From NCBI GenBank assembly GCA_963733055.1, contig CAVTBR010000001.1:1376001-1440000 (forward strand): a stretch of 64,000 bases of DNA, read 5' to 3'. Both the position numbers and the translations under genes were made by a program. Under the pieces are notes generated by a model. That model was given only the letters and a program-made list of their open reading frames with translations, made no database searches and was not told where the DNA came from. Below, one piece after another: positions 1 to 9,152 of this stretch. Source of the DNA: Candidatus Bathyarchaeota archaeon. Its GTDB lineage: Archaea; Thermoproteota; Bathyarchaeia; 40CM-2-53-6. Positions within the stretch are counted from its first letter, which is position 1; every line of letters begins with the position of its first letter.

Positions 1-29
1 TCGGAAACCTTAGCCACTTCAACTTCCAT
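1..29 (-). CDS. 5' end of a gene running off the window (MEVEVAKVS..., possibly a Rieske-type ferredoxin)
   Basis: ATG at 29, divergent from the HxlR gene; the N-terminus resembles small Rieske ferredoxins, but only 9 codons are visible. Confidence 0.35.
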
Positions 30-42
30 ATGCATTACCTCA

Positions 43-114
43 CTTGACTTTAGTAAGCTACTGTAGTAAGGTAAGTATATTAACCTACCACTAACCCTAA
101 GGTAACTAGGTTAC
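43..114. promoter_or_regulatory. Divergent promoter region with candidate HxlR-family operator half-sites
   Basis: Inverted repeat GTAAC-TAG-GTTAC at 102-114 and repeated GTAAG half-sites between two divergent genes. Confidence 0.3.
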
Positions 115-121
115 GACAAAA

Positions 122-502
122 ATGCCAGCCCACTTGAAACTGAGAACAATAGATCCGGACGCCGACCATTGCCCCGCCGTCGGTGCAATAAAGGCGATCG
201 TTACAGAGTCAAGGCTCTTAGTGGTTAGGCATCTGTTTACAGGACCGAAACGTTTCAACGAACTCGTGCGGGTATCTGGAATAAATTCGAAGACATTGGC
301 TGCGACGTTGAAGTTCCTGGAAGAAAAACAAGTCATACAGCGAGAGGTTCTCAGTACTAGGCCGTTTACAGTTGAGTACTCGCTCACTGCCTCGGGCCAA
401 GAACTCAAACCAGTACTCGAAGGCTTAGGTAATTGGGGCAGCCGATGGTTGCCCGAGTTCAAGGGCAAGGCCACCGTTCAGCCCTTAATACACAAACCAT
501 GA
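122..502 (+). CDS. HxlR/DUF24 family winged-helix transcriptional regulator
   Basis: CP motif near the N-terminus, GPKRFNEL, INSKTLAATLKFLE, VEYSLTASGQEL. Confidence 0.9.
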   Translation: MPAHLKLRTIDPDADHCPAVGAIKAIVTESRLLVVRHLFTGPKRFNELVRVSGINSKTLAATLKFLEEKQVIQREVLSTRPFTVEYSLTASGQELKPVLEGLGNWGSRWLPEFKGKATVQPLIHKP

Positions 503-635
503 GAGGCAATGGCGGTAGCCATCTAACACTCAAGGAATGGCTAAACATTAAGGCGCGATCATCATTAGGTATAGTGTGTTGGATTATGGTGAAGAAATCG
601 TTCAAGGGCTCGTATCATAGTTCAGAAGGAAAGTT

Positions 636-1262
636 ATGACTAGTGGACCGATTCGTGATCAGGTGAAAGATCCTCTTCTTACACCCAAGAACTCAGCTCT
701 AATCATCATCGACTACCAGCCCGTCCAAGTGAATTCGATCGAGTCGATGGACCGTAAACTTCTCGTCGAGAACATTGTCCACATCGCGAGGATAGCGAAA
801 ACGTATGAATTACCGACTGTACTTTCAACTGTGAACGTGAAGACTGGCGTCAACAAACCCACGATACGCGAGTTGCAAGAAGTGTTTCCTGGGATCGAGC
901 CGCTGGATCGCACGGCGATCAATGCATGGGAAGACGTGGAATTCGTCAAGGCTGTTAAGGCGACGGGCCGCAAGAAGCTCATCATGGCCGCGCTGTGGAC
1001 GGAGGCATGTCTGACTTTTCCATCACTCGACGCGATTCGTGAGGGTTACGAAGTTTACCCAATCGTGGACGCGGTCGGCGGCACCTCGGTGGAAGCGCAT
1101 CGGGCGGGTCTTGAGCGAATCGTTCAAGCAGGCGCGAAGCCCGTTAGCTGGGTGCAATTAATCTGTGAGCTTCAACACAACTGGGGGCGCAAAGAAACCG
1201 TGCCGCCATTCGTGGATATTCTGTTTCGCTCACGAGGCATAGAACCCGGCCACGAGGAATAG
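636..1262 (+). CDS. Isochorismatase-family cysteine hydrolase (YcaC-like)
   Basis: IIIDYQP, RTAINAWED, LWTEACL motifs. Confidence 0.9.
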   Translation: MTSGPIRDQVKDPLLTPKNSALIIIDYQPVQVNSIESMDRKLLVENIVHIARIAKTYELPTVLSTVNVKTGVNKPTIRELQEVFPGIEPLDRTAINAWEDVEFVKAVKATGRKKLIMAALWTEACLTFPSLDAIREGYEVYPIVDAVGGTSVEAHRAGLERIVQAGAKPVSWVQLICELQHNWGRKETVPPFVDILFRSRGIEPGHEE

Positions 1263-1269
1263 AAATCCT

Positions 1270-2226
1270 GTGCCTAAGCAGATACTCGGCATACACCATG
1301 TCACAGCCATCGCTGGGGAACCGCAGAAGAACATCGATTTCTACGCGGGCTTTCTAGGGCTTCGACTGATCAAGCTAACCGTAAACTACGACGACCCAGA
1401 AACCTACCACCTGTACTACGGCGATGAAAACGGCAACCCCGGCACGATTCTCACATTCTTCCCATGGCCCGGCGCTCCAGAGGGGAGAAAGGGAGCAGGA
1501 CAGCTTACAACCACGTCTTTCTCGATACCTCAGGCGAGCGTGGGTTTCTGGAGCGAGCGTCTAAAGCAGCGCGGAATAAGCTTCGAAGGACCAGTTGATC
1601 GTTTCGAGGAACAGGTAATTTCTTTCTCAGATCCCGACGATTTGAAACTCGAACTGGTCGCACAAGAAGGAGCGGAGAGTAGGAGTGGTTGGAAACACGG
1701 ACCGGTACCGCAAGAGCATGCGATTCGGGGCTTCTTCGGCGTCACACTCTCCGAGGGGGGTTACGAGAGAACCGCGTCCCTCCTAACCGAAATAATGGGG
1801 TTCCGCCTCACGAAGGAGAATGGAAACCGCTTCAGGTACGAGGCCGGGAACGGCGGACCGGGCGCGATGGTTGATGTCCTCTGCCAGCCGGACGCGCCAA
1901 CGGGGCTCGTGAGTGTGGGAACCGTGCACCACGTGGCATGGCGTACCCCAAACGACGAACAGCAGAAAGAATGGAGAAGTGAGCTAGTTAAAGCTCGAAT
2001 GAACGTTACGCCCATAATAGATCGCAAATACTTCCACTCAATCTATTTCCGGGAGCCGGGAGGTGTTCTGTTCGAGATAGCAACAGACCCACCCGGCTTC
2101 ACTGTCGACGAAAGATTGGAAGAGCTAGGAACTAAACTCGTACTGCCACCCTGGCTAGAGCCACTCAGAGCACACCTCAATCAAGTACTTCCCAAGGTCA
2201 AATTGCCAAGCACACCCCAAGCCTGA
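1270..2226 (+). CDS. Ring-cleaving dioxygenase, two-domain VOC fold (MhqO/MhqA-like)
   Basis: GIHHVTAIA, TVNYDDPETYHLYYGD, GTVHHVAWR, DRKYFHSIYFREPGGVLFEIATD. Confidence 0.92.
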   Translation: MPKQILGIHHVTAIAGEPQKNIDFYAGFLGLRLIKLTVNYDDPETYHLYYGDENGNPGTILTFFPWPGAPEGRKGAGQLTTTSFSIPQASVGFWSERLKQRGISFEGPVDRFEEQVISFSDPDDLKLELVAQEGAESRSGWKHGPVPQEHAIRGFFGVTLSEGGYERTASLLTEIMGFRLTKENGNRFRYEAGNGGPGAMVDVLCQPDAPTGLVSVGTVHHVAWRTPNDEQQKEWRSELVKARMNVTPIIDRKYFHSIYFREPGGVLFEIATDPPGFTVDERLEELGTKLVLPPWLEPLRAHLNQVLPKVKLPSTPQA

Positions 2227-2249
2227 GGTCGCTGTGAAGGTCAGGAGAA

Positions 2250-2885
2250 ATGAAACAGTCAGCACCTGATCTGAACTTCGTTCATCGCTTCGAACCCGGC
2301 AACCGTAGGGACCTCACGCTGCTTCTCCTCCACGGCACAGGGGGCAACGAAGACGATCTCGTCCCATTGGGCAAGACCCTCGCCCCCGGAGCTACGGTGC
2401 TCAGCCCGCGAGGGAAGGTGCTGGAAAACGGCATGCCCAGGTTCTTTCGGCGATTGAGCGAGGGCATATTCGACATTGAAGATCTGAAGTTCCGCTCCAA
2501 GGAACTCGCAGATTTTGTGAAGAACGCCTCGGCCAAGTACGGGTTCGACATGAATTCAGTCGTATTGGTTGGATATTCGAACGGCGCGAATATCGCCGCG
2601 AGCATGCTGCTACTGGGATCCATTCTTCCCGCCGGGGCGGTATTGTTCCGCGCCATGGTACCACTCATACCCGACCAGTTGCCCAACTTGCACAAAATTG
2701 TCGTCTTCATCTCTGCGGGAACATCCGACCCGATTGTCCCGAGAGAGGAGGTTCAGAGGCTTGCTAAACTGCTTGGGGACGCCCGAGCAGAGGTGACGCT
2801 CAACTGGGAGAACACTACGCATGCATTGACCGGGGAAGAAATGAAGAAGGCTGCGAGCTGGTTGCTCCAGAACTTCAGAAGTTGA
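2250..2885 (+). CDS. Alpha/beta hydrolase, carboxylesterase (MhqD-like)
   Basis: LLHGTGGNE, RFFRR, GYSNGANIA nucleophile elbow, catalytic Asp (SDPIV) and His. Confidence 0.9.
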   Translation: MKQSAPDLNFVHRFEPGNRRDLTLLLLHGTGGNEDDLVPLGKTLAPGATVLSPRGKVLENGMPRFFRRLSEGIFDIEDLKFRSKELADFVKNASAKYGFDMNSVVLVGYSNGANIAASMLLLGSILPAGAVLFRAMVPLIPDQLPNLHKIVVFISAGTSDPIVPREEVQRLAKLLGDARAEVTLNWENTTHALTGEEMKKAASWLLQNFRS

Positions 2886-2892
2886 TACATGA

Positions 2893-4020
2893 ATGCAAGC
2901 CAATCCTCTCTGGCCAGTCGGCATTCGGTTTCCAGTCCTCGACGAGGACCTCAAAGTCGACATCGCAATCGTTGGAGCTGGAATTGCAGGTATTTCATGC
3001 GGCTTTCACTTGCAGAACGCGGGTTACCGGGTCGCCGTCATTGAGAAAGAAGAAGTTGGGTCGGCTGCTACGGGCGCAAGCTCTGGGATCCTGTACTACG
3101 GTTCGGGTGGCAATTTCGTAGAGGCTGTGCAACGGTATGGGAAGGATGACGCGACCACGCTTTGGAAGGAAACGGAGAAGACAATCAACAATCTCGTCGC
3201 ATTAATAGAAAAACATCGAATACCATGTGGGTTCCGACACACCGGCGCGATCATGGTTGCAAAAAACAAGCAGGAGGAAACCCGAATTGAGAAGGAGCAC
3301 ACAGCGCTTCGAGACATCGGGATACAGACCCAACAATACTCCAGCGATGAGATTCAGAAATCATTTACGGGGACAAAATTCACTTCGGGGCTCTCATTTG
3401 ATATCTGTTGCGTGATTCACCCCGCGCAGTTCGTTGCAGAATTGGCGAGGAAGTTCAACGTACCAGTCTACGAAAAATCGCCAATGCTGAAATTCACCGA
3501 AGAGCCGGATGGCGTAACGCTCGAGTCATCTAAGGCTCGAATACGATGCGACCGCCTAGTGCTTGCGACGGATCTTGAACCATTCTATGGTTTGGAGAAG
3601 CACTTCGAGCAGGAAACCACCGTCGTTCTAGCCAGCCCTGAGATGGCGGCTACCAAGCAGATTTGGCCTCAAGACAAAGTGATCTGGACCATGGAAGACA
3701 AATACGACATACTGTACCCGTTGGGACAGCGTCTAGCTTTGGAACTGTATCGCGCACGAAATATCAAACAGAAACTAGCACAATACTATAGCGGAATAAA
3801 ATTCGAAGTTCAGTACCGCTGGGGAGAGTCTTGGTCGAAGACTACAGACTTACTCCCCATCGCGGGTCCATTGACCGATCGCGTTTACGCGGCCGTTGCC
3901 ATGGGCGACGAAGGAATCGTTATGGGATTCACGATTGGCGCGAGAATGCCGATGGCATTCGAGAGTCGCGATGACCCCATTTTGAGGATGACGGCTCCAA
4001 ACCGCTTCCCTCATTCATGA
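2893..4020 (+). CDS. FAD-dependent oxidoreductase (DAO/PuuB-like family)
   Basis: IVGAGIAG dinucleotide-binding motif, GSAATGASSG, IHPAQF, DLLPIAG. Confidence 0.85.
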   Translation: MQANPLWPVGIRFPVLDEDLKVDIAIVGAGIAGISCGFHLQNAGYRVAVIEKEEVGSAATGASSGILYYGSGGNFVEAVQRYGKDDATTLWKETEKTINNLVALIEKHRIPCGFRHTGAIMVAKNKQEETRIEKEHTALRDIGIQTQQYSSDEIQKSFTGTKFTSGLSFDICCVIHPAQFVAELARKFNVPVYEKSPMLKFTEEPDGVTLESSKARIRCDRLVLATDLEPFYGLEKHFEQETTVVLASPEMAATKQIWPQDKVIWTMEDKYDILYPLGQRLALELYRARNIKQKLAQYYSGIKFEVQYRWGESWSKTTDLLPIAGPLTDRVYAAVAMGDEGIVMGFTIGARMPMAFESRDDPILRMTAPNRFPHS

Positions 4021-4044
4021 GTATTCGTTCAGTCTGATTCGGTT

Positions 4045-4075
4045 TGTGTGCGGGTCTAGTGGCTCGCACACACAC
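4045..4075. repeat. (GT)n/(CA)n palindromic intergenic repeat
   Basis: TGTGTGCGGG-N8-CTCGCACACA hairpin; related copies at 5165, about 5240, 6074 and 6735. Confidence 0.55.
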
Positions 4076-4147
4076 TCTTAGACCGTACGACGCTTCAAAT
4101 CCGAATCCACAACATATTGAAATATATGGCACCGAAAAAAGTTCGGG

Positions 4148-4453
4148 ATGAAAACCTACGAGGTTCGGATCAATTCTCGCTCTGACCTTTCGCACGCCGA
4201 AGATGTAGTGGAAGAGTGTTGCCGAAAAGCAGGATTGAAAATAACGATAAAGAGGACCTTGCGTTCTTACCCCCACAGCATCCACTGGCACTTCAGGAAA
4301 CTAGGGGAATTGCGCGGCACACTGGAATTTACTCTTTGGAAAGAAAAACGCAAGGCCTGGTTCTCTGTGCATGACAATAGGAAAGCGGTATGGGTCGATG
4401 GTCTCATCGATTCGCTGAGAAAATCGATTGAATCGAAGATCACGGCGTCATAA
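4148..4453 (+). CDS. Hypothetical protein
   Basis: 101-aa ATG-initiated ORF filling the gap between neighbours; no family recognised. Confidence 0.65.
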   Translation: MKTYEVRINSRSDLSHAEDVVEECCRKAGLKITIKRTLRSYPHSIHWHFRKLGELRGTLEFTLWKEKRKAWFSVHDNRKAVWVDGLIDSLRKSIESKITAS

Positions 4454-4499
4454 TTTGAACCCTCGTGGCGGTCGTTCATAAAGTGCGTGTTGGGTTAGT

Positions 4500-4543
4500 T
4501 GGTGCGCCCGCCGGGATTCGGACTCGAGTCGTTGGCTTGGAGG
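4500..4543 (-). pseudogene. Degenerate 3' half of a tRNA (probably Gly-TCC), likely an att-site remnant
   Basis: Minus strand CCTCCAAGCCAACGACTCGAGTCCGAATCCCGGCGGGCGCACCA gives a decayed anticodon loop, T-arm, acceptor 3' strand and CCA; no 5' half present. Confidence 0.7.
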
Positions 4544-4667
4544 TCATTGGGTGCGGGCTACAATTCAATACAATCTGAGAAATGGGAATCAGTCTAGTGA
4601 ATGAGTAGGCTGGTTTATTGTGTACGTTCCAGGTCCGGTGGAGCCGCTGCAGGAGTGATCGGTTGCA

Positions 4668-5078
4668 TTGCCGGCAAAGTTCAGTAACACTGGGATAAAT
4701 GTCTCCGACTTTGAGAAGTCGATCGCTTTCTACCGAAAAGTGTTAGGCATGAAGCTAATCTTCAAAGAAAGCATTAAGGAAACCGGAGGACGCGTCGCAT
4801 GGCTAAAGTCAAAAGGCTCCAGCCAAATCCTCGTACTGAATTGGTATCCAAGAAAATACAAGCATGGAGCTAGAACCGGACTTGACTTTCTCGCCTTCAA
4901 AGTTCACGACGCAATCCGCGAATATGAAAGACTGTCGAGAGATCACCGAGGAGCCCTAGCCCCCTTCCGGGAAGGAAACATGATGCTTGCCTACGTTAAG
5001 GACCCGAACGGAAACTGGATAGAACTAGGGTCGAAGCTCAGAAAGAACAGGCGTCGAAAGCACCGCCCCTCTTCATAG
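4668..5078 (+). CDS. VOC/glyoxalase family protein
   Basis: NVSDFEKSIAFYRKVLGM and YVKDPNGNWIEL motifs. Confidence 0.88.
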   Translation: MPAKFSNTGINVSDFEKSIAFYRKVLGMKLIFKESIKETGGRVAWLKSKGSSQILVLNWYPRKYKHGARTGLDFLAFKVHDAIREYERLSRDHRGALAPFREGNMMLAYVKDPNGNWIELGSKLRKNRRRKHRPSS

Positions 5079-5164
5079 CGAGGTTTGAATGACGGTACGC
5101 ATCACAGCCGAACAACACGCCCCCGATACGATCCGTGTTAAACGCGGATTTTTTTTGGAGGGAT

Positions 5165-6088
5165 TGGTGCGCACACACATACTTTTCAAACGACGAACGT
5201 CGGTGATTCAAATCCTGTCGCCCGCTAGACCGTGCGCGTACACACACATAGAGGAACCGAAAACCACAACTTGACCCAGTTCGTATCCTAATCCGTGCCT
5301 ATGCTATGCCTCGACTTCCATTAATCGAAGACTTAACTACGGAACCTATTCCTGCTGGTTCGAATATTCTTGTTGAATTTGACCCTGCCTCCCAATGGTA
5401 CAACGCGTCCCTAACAATAGCCGCCGGTTGGATAAGGAGTGGAGGCGTATCTAGTTACAACACCTATGACCACGCTCCTGAAAGAGTAAGATTACAGCTC
5501 AATAACCTTGGACTCGATGTCGAGGCATTAGAAAGCGACGAGAAACTGAGAATCATAGACTGGTACATGATACAGCTAGGTCAGAAGTCGAGAGAGAAAT
5601 ACGCTACGCCAGTGACATCGCTGAAACTTGCGGAGCTGAGCATACTACAATCGAGAGGGTTGATGGGAAGTAAAGGCACACTTTTCCCTGGAACAGCGTG
5701 GCGCCTAGGCCCTGATGTACTTAGAATCATTGACGATGACCTGGTTATTGCAAGGTTCAACGACGAGAAGAACTTCGTTGACTTCTGGCGCTCACGGGAA
5801 ATTCCGAGTGCGCCATCAACAAATTCGACGACCATTTTCGGCGCAGTTAAAGGAGTCTTTTCTGACTTCCTTTACAGATCTTTGGAAGCTTCAGTTGACG
5901 CCATTCTAGATTTCAAACTCGAAGAAGAAGGCAGTACTACCAGAGACCTTATGCGAATCAGGAGCATGCGAAACGTACACTTCGACCGGGAATGGCATGA
6001 ACTTAAGATAGGCGAGAACTTCGAAGTCACCCTAGAGAAGTAATCCTGAAAAGTCGTCGTTCGTCGTGTCAACTGTGTGTGCGCACCA
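5165..6088. repeat. Perfect 15-bp inverted repeat pair flanking the RAD55-like gene
   Basis: TGGTGCGCACACACA (5165-5179) is the reverse complement of 6074-6088; ACGACGAACG (5190-5199) also matches 6058-6067. Confidence 0.65.
5306..6043 (+). CDS. RAD55/KaiC-like RecA-fold protein with degenerate Walker A
   Basis: IPAGSNILVE, KLRIIDWY, LEASVDAILDF, RIRSMR are typical of archaeal RAD55-like domains; no GKT. Confidence 0.8.
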   Translation: MPRLPLIEDLTTEPIPAGSNILVEFDPASQWYNASLTIAAGWIRSGGVSSYNTYDHAPERVRLQLNNLGLDVEALESDEKLRIIDWYMIQLGQKSREKYATPVTSLKLAELSILQSRGLMGSKGTLFPGTAWRLGPDVLRIIDDDLVIARFNDEKNFVDFWRSREIPSAPSTNSTTIFGAVKGVFSDFLYRSLEASVDAILDFKLEEEGSTTRDLMRIRSMRNVHFDREWHELKIGENFEVTLEK

Positions 6089-6151
6089 TTGATCCCACAC
6101 ACACAAAAGGAAATAACGAACGGTTCGATGCTCACGATTGTGGATTGAACT

Positions 6152-6709
6152 CTACTTTGCTTTCGCTACTGTCCAGAAGTCCACCCACTCGGTAATTGGG
6201 GGATCGATGTCGATTTGCCAGAGTAATGCGTTGAGTTCCCCTCTATGCTGGAGTTCTTCCCCCACCAGCTGCCAAAGCATGTCTCGCATCGTTATCTTAA
6301 TCGTCCATCTCTTGCCCTTGGGGTCGACTTCGTGCCAGACAACGGCTTTTGCAAGGTCTTTTGTTGAGAGTTTCTGCAGGAATCTATTGACAAAGGAGTC
6401 GATCTTGTGCTCCTCTTGTTCTATCTCGTCGAGTCTGAGACCTGTGCCTCCAATCCTCTTCCTTTCACGGACTTTGTCTGTGTAGACGTAGAGAAACCAC
6501 CATCGATAGGCATCTAGTACGTGGGTGAAGATATCGAGGATTGAAGGGAATGATGCGCCCCGATCTTTTGTGAGCTCCGCCTCTGGCAGCTTAGAGATGA
6601 CTTGGAAGTATCTCTTTCGTACAGTGGAGTTGTAATGATACCATTCGCGTATGAGATTGAGTTCGTTTCTGTTGGATCTTCGCATCTTGCCCTCTGCCAT
6701 TAGTTTCAT
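6152..6709 (-). CDS. DinB/YfiT family protein
   Basis: ASFPSILDIFTHVL and EELQHRGEL...IDPP motifs. Confidence 0.88.
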   Translation of the reverse strand: MKLMAEGKMRRSNRNELNLIREWYHYNSTVRKRYFQVISKLPEAELTKDRGASFPSILDIFTHVLDAYRWWFLYVYTDKVRERKRIGGTGLRLDEIEQEEHKIDSFVNRFLQKLSTKDLAKAVVWHEVDPKGKRWTIKITMRDMLWQLVGEELQHRGELNALLWQIDIDPPITEWVDFWTVAKAK

Positions 6710-6752
6710 CTCCCCTTCTCTGCTAGTCGCTTTGGTGTGTGTGGGCGATCAC

Positions 6753-8183
6753 TCAATCATCGTGCTTCATTGCGTGTTGTAGTTGGTGGCGGTATTGGGC
6801 TGGTGTCATGAACGCTTCGCAAGCGCGCTGAACGACCTCGCTGAGCGCAGGGTGTATGTGCATTGCGTCTAGAAGTGGGCGTGCGCTTTGCTCGGGGGTA
6901 TACATGAGGTTTATGATCTCTTGGATCAGAACTGAAGATTGTGGTCCAATTATGTGGGCGCCGATTATTCTGAGGCTATCCTTTTCAACTAACACCTTCG
7001 CGAAGTAATTCTTCACAGCCATCGCTTCCCCCTTAGCCGTATCCTCGTAACGCTCGAAACCGATCAGAATATTCTCCTCGCCGAATTTCTCAATTGCCTC
7101 CTTTTCTCTGAGTCCCACGCTAGCAATCTCGGGGTCTGAAAAGACAGCGTGCGGGACAGCGTGATAGTCGACAGGAACTTTCTGTTTGAGCACAGCGTTG
7201 TAGTAAACCACGGTGACCTCGTAGTTGGCCTTGTGCTTGAACAGATACTTTCCATTCGCATCGCCGAATCCCCACACATTTGGCGACGAAGTCTCAAGAA
7301 ACTCGTTGACCACAACCCAACCGTGGGTGTCGGTTTTGATTCCCGCACGTTCAGGATGAAGAATGTCGGTTGTGGGTCCTCGTCCTGCGGCGACCATGAT
7401 CTCATCCACCAAAAGACTTGTACTCTTCCCAGTCTGCCGATTTATGGAAACAATCTTCTTCTTACCCTCGGCACGCGTCGCTTCCAGGACCTCGTAACCC
7501 GTCAAGATCGTAGCCCGCTGACCAAGTTCCTGCGTCGCTAAGGCAGCTATCTCGGGTTCCTCTTGAGGGAGAAATTGCGTGTTCCTACCGATTATCGTGA
7601 CCTTCGAGCCCATCGCCGAGAAAAAGTGTCCGTACTCTGCGGCTATGTACCCCCCACCAACAATCGCCAAACTCTCCGGCAGCTTCGTCAGGTAAAGTAT
7701 CGAGTCGCTTGTGTGGTAACCCACCTCCTTCAATCCTTTGATTGGTGGGATGGTTGCCTTCGAACCTATCGAGAGAAGAATCATATTCGATTTAATCGTC
7801 TCATTTTCGACTTTCAGCGTGTAGGGTGCAGTGAATTCAGCTGGGGCGTGGAAGTAGTCGAGGTTCGGTGAACTTGAGAGACCCTCTCTAATCGAATCGA
7901 TGTCATGGTCGATTATCGTCCGCATCCGTTTCATGACCTTCTCAAAACTGACTTTCTTGAGGTCAACCTCGATTCCGAAAACCCCCGCATTTTGGATCGT
8001 CCGAACAACTTCTGCTGGGTACAGCAAGATTTTCGAGGGAATGCAACCCCGTGTTAAGCATATGCCGCCCGGTTCGTCCTTGTCGATAATGGCCGCCTTG
8101 ATGTTCGGGTTCCTTTGCATCATGTCATTTACAACGTAGATTCCTGACCCCGTCCCAATCGCGATGACGTCGTATTCCTTCAA
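6753..8183 (-). CDS. Flavoprotein disulfide reductase (dihydrolipoamide dehydrogenase/mycothione reductase-like)
   Basis: GGICLTRGCIPSK redox disulfide, GGGYIAAE, HIHPALSE. Confidence 0.92.
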   Translation of the reverse strand: MKEYDVIAIGTGSGIYVVNDMMQRNPNIKAAIIDKDEPGGICLTRGCIPSKILLYPAEVVRTIQNAGVFGIEVDLKKVSFEKVMKRMRTIIDHDIDSIREGLSSSPNLDYFHAPAEFTAPYTLKVENETIKSNMILLSIGSKATIPPIKGLKEVGYHTSDSILYLTKLPESLAIVGGGYIAAEYGHFFSAMGSKVTIIGRNTQFLPQEEPEIAALATQELGQRATILTGYEVLEATRAEGKKKIVSINRQTGKSTSLLVDEIMVAAGRGPTTDILHPERAGIKTDTHGWVVVNEFLETSSPNVWGFGDANGKYLFKHKANYEVTVVYYNAVLKQKVPVDYHAVPHAVFSDPEIASVGLREKEAIEKFGEENILIGFERYEDTAKGEAMAVKNYFAKVLVEKDSLRIIGAHIIGPQSSVLIQEIINLMYTPEQSARPLLDAMHIHPALSEVVQRACEAFMTPAQYRHQLQHAMKHDD

Positions 8184-8305
8184 CTGCTTATCATCATGGG
8201 AAGCGCTTGGCCGACTGATAATCGCTTTGGACTATGAGTATCAGGCTTGAAACGTGCTTCGATGCTAAACGCTTAATCAAAACCCCATCTCTTCCTTGAA
8301 ATGTC

Positions 8306-9076
8306 ATGTCAACCGAAACACGTGTTACGCGTAATTTCTTCGATGCTTCACGCATATGGGCGACTGAAAGCGGGGGGAAGATTGAGGACTTTTCCGGAGT
8401 GAGGTGCATCAGAAGCCCCATCCCACACGCCGACTTCAACTGTGCCATGGTATGGGATAAGGCCGGGCTGCGACCCGAAACTCTGGAGAGGGTAAGGACC
8501 TTCTTTGAAGGACAAAGGTCTGAATGGGAGATCGTTGCGCCCCCATCTGTTGGGGAAGAATTCTACGAGGTACCTCGGCGCATCTCCGTCACGCGGTTTT
8601 TGAGGGAGCCTGAGATGATTTTGCATAAGGAATCAGCCACTCTCCGACCTCCGCCTTCGGACTTGGAAATTCACCGAGTTCATGATCTGAGCGAACGCCT
8701 TTCTTGGGAGCGGACTGCAGCTCTCGGCTTCCAGATGCCTGACCCAAAATTCTTCGATCAGTTAGCAACCCCTCAGAGCCTTGCAATAGAAGGGTTGACG
8801 TACTACTTGGGAATCTGTGCTAGTAAACCGGTAGCAACCGCAATTCTGTATGAATCCGAGAATGTTGCGGGAATTTACGGTGTGAGCACCATCCCAGAAT
8901 TCAGGGGTAGAGGTTTCGGTGCAGCTATGACTGCGTTTGCGGTGATGGATGGATTTCAAAGGGAGTGTGATCTCTCGTCTTTGCAGGCGGGACCCATGGG
9001 ATTTCCGGTGTATCTGAAAATGGGGTTTCGTCACATTCTAGATTACCTGGTCTGGGTCGTTTCCCCTCGAGCGTAA
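8306..9076 (+). CDS. GNAT family N-acetyltransferase
   Basis: VSTIPEFRGRGFG acetyl-CoA motif, VYLKMGF. Confidence 0.88.
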   Translation: MSTETRVTRNFFDASRIWATESGGKIEDFSGVRCIRSPIPHADFNCAMVWDKAGLRPETLERVRTFFEGQRSEWEIVAPPSVGEEFYEVPRRISVTRFLREPEMILHKESATLRPPPSDLEIHRVHDLSERLSWERTAALGFQMPDPKFFDQLATPQSLAIEGLTYYLGICASKPVATAILYESENVAGIYGVSTIPEFRGRGFGAAMTAFAVMDGFQRECDLSSLQAGPMGFPVYLKMGFRHILDYLVWVVSPRA

Positions 9077-9152
9077 TACCACTTCGGCCCGATGTTCGGC
9101 CAAACCCACAAGAGATATTTCGTATAATCCTGACTATCGATTGTGGTGACGC

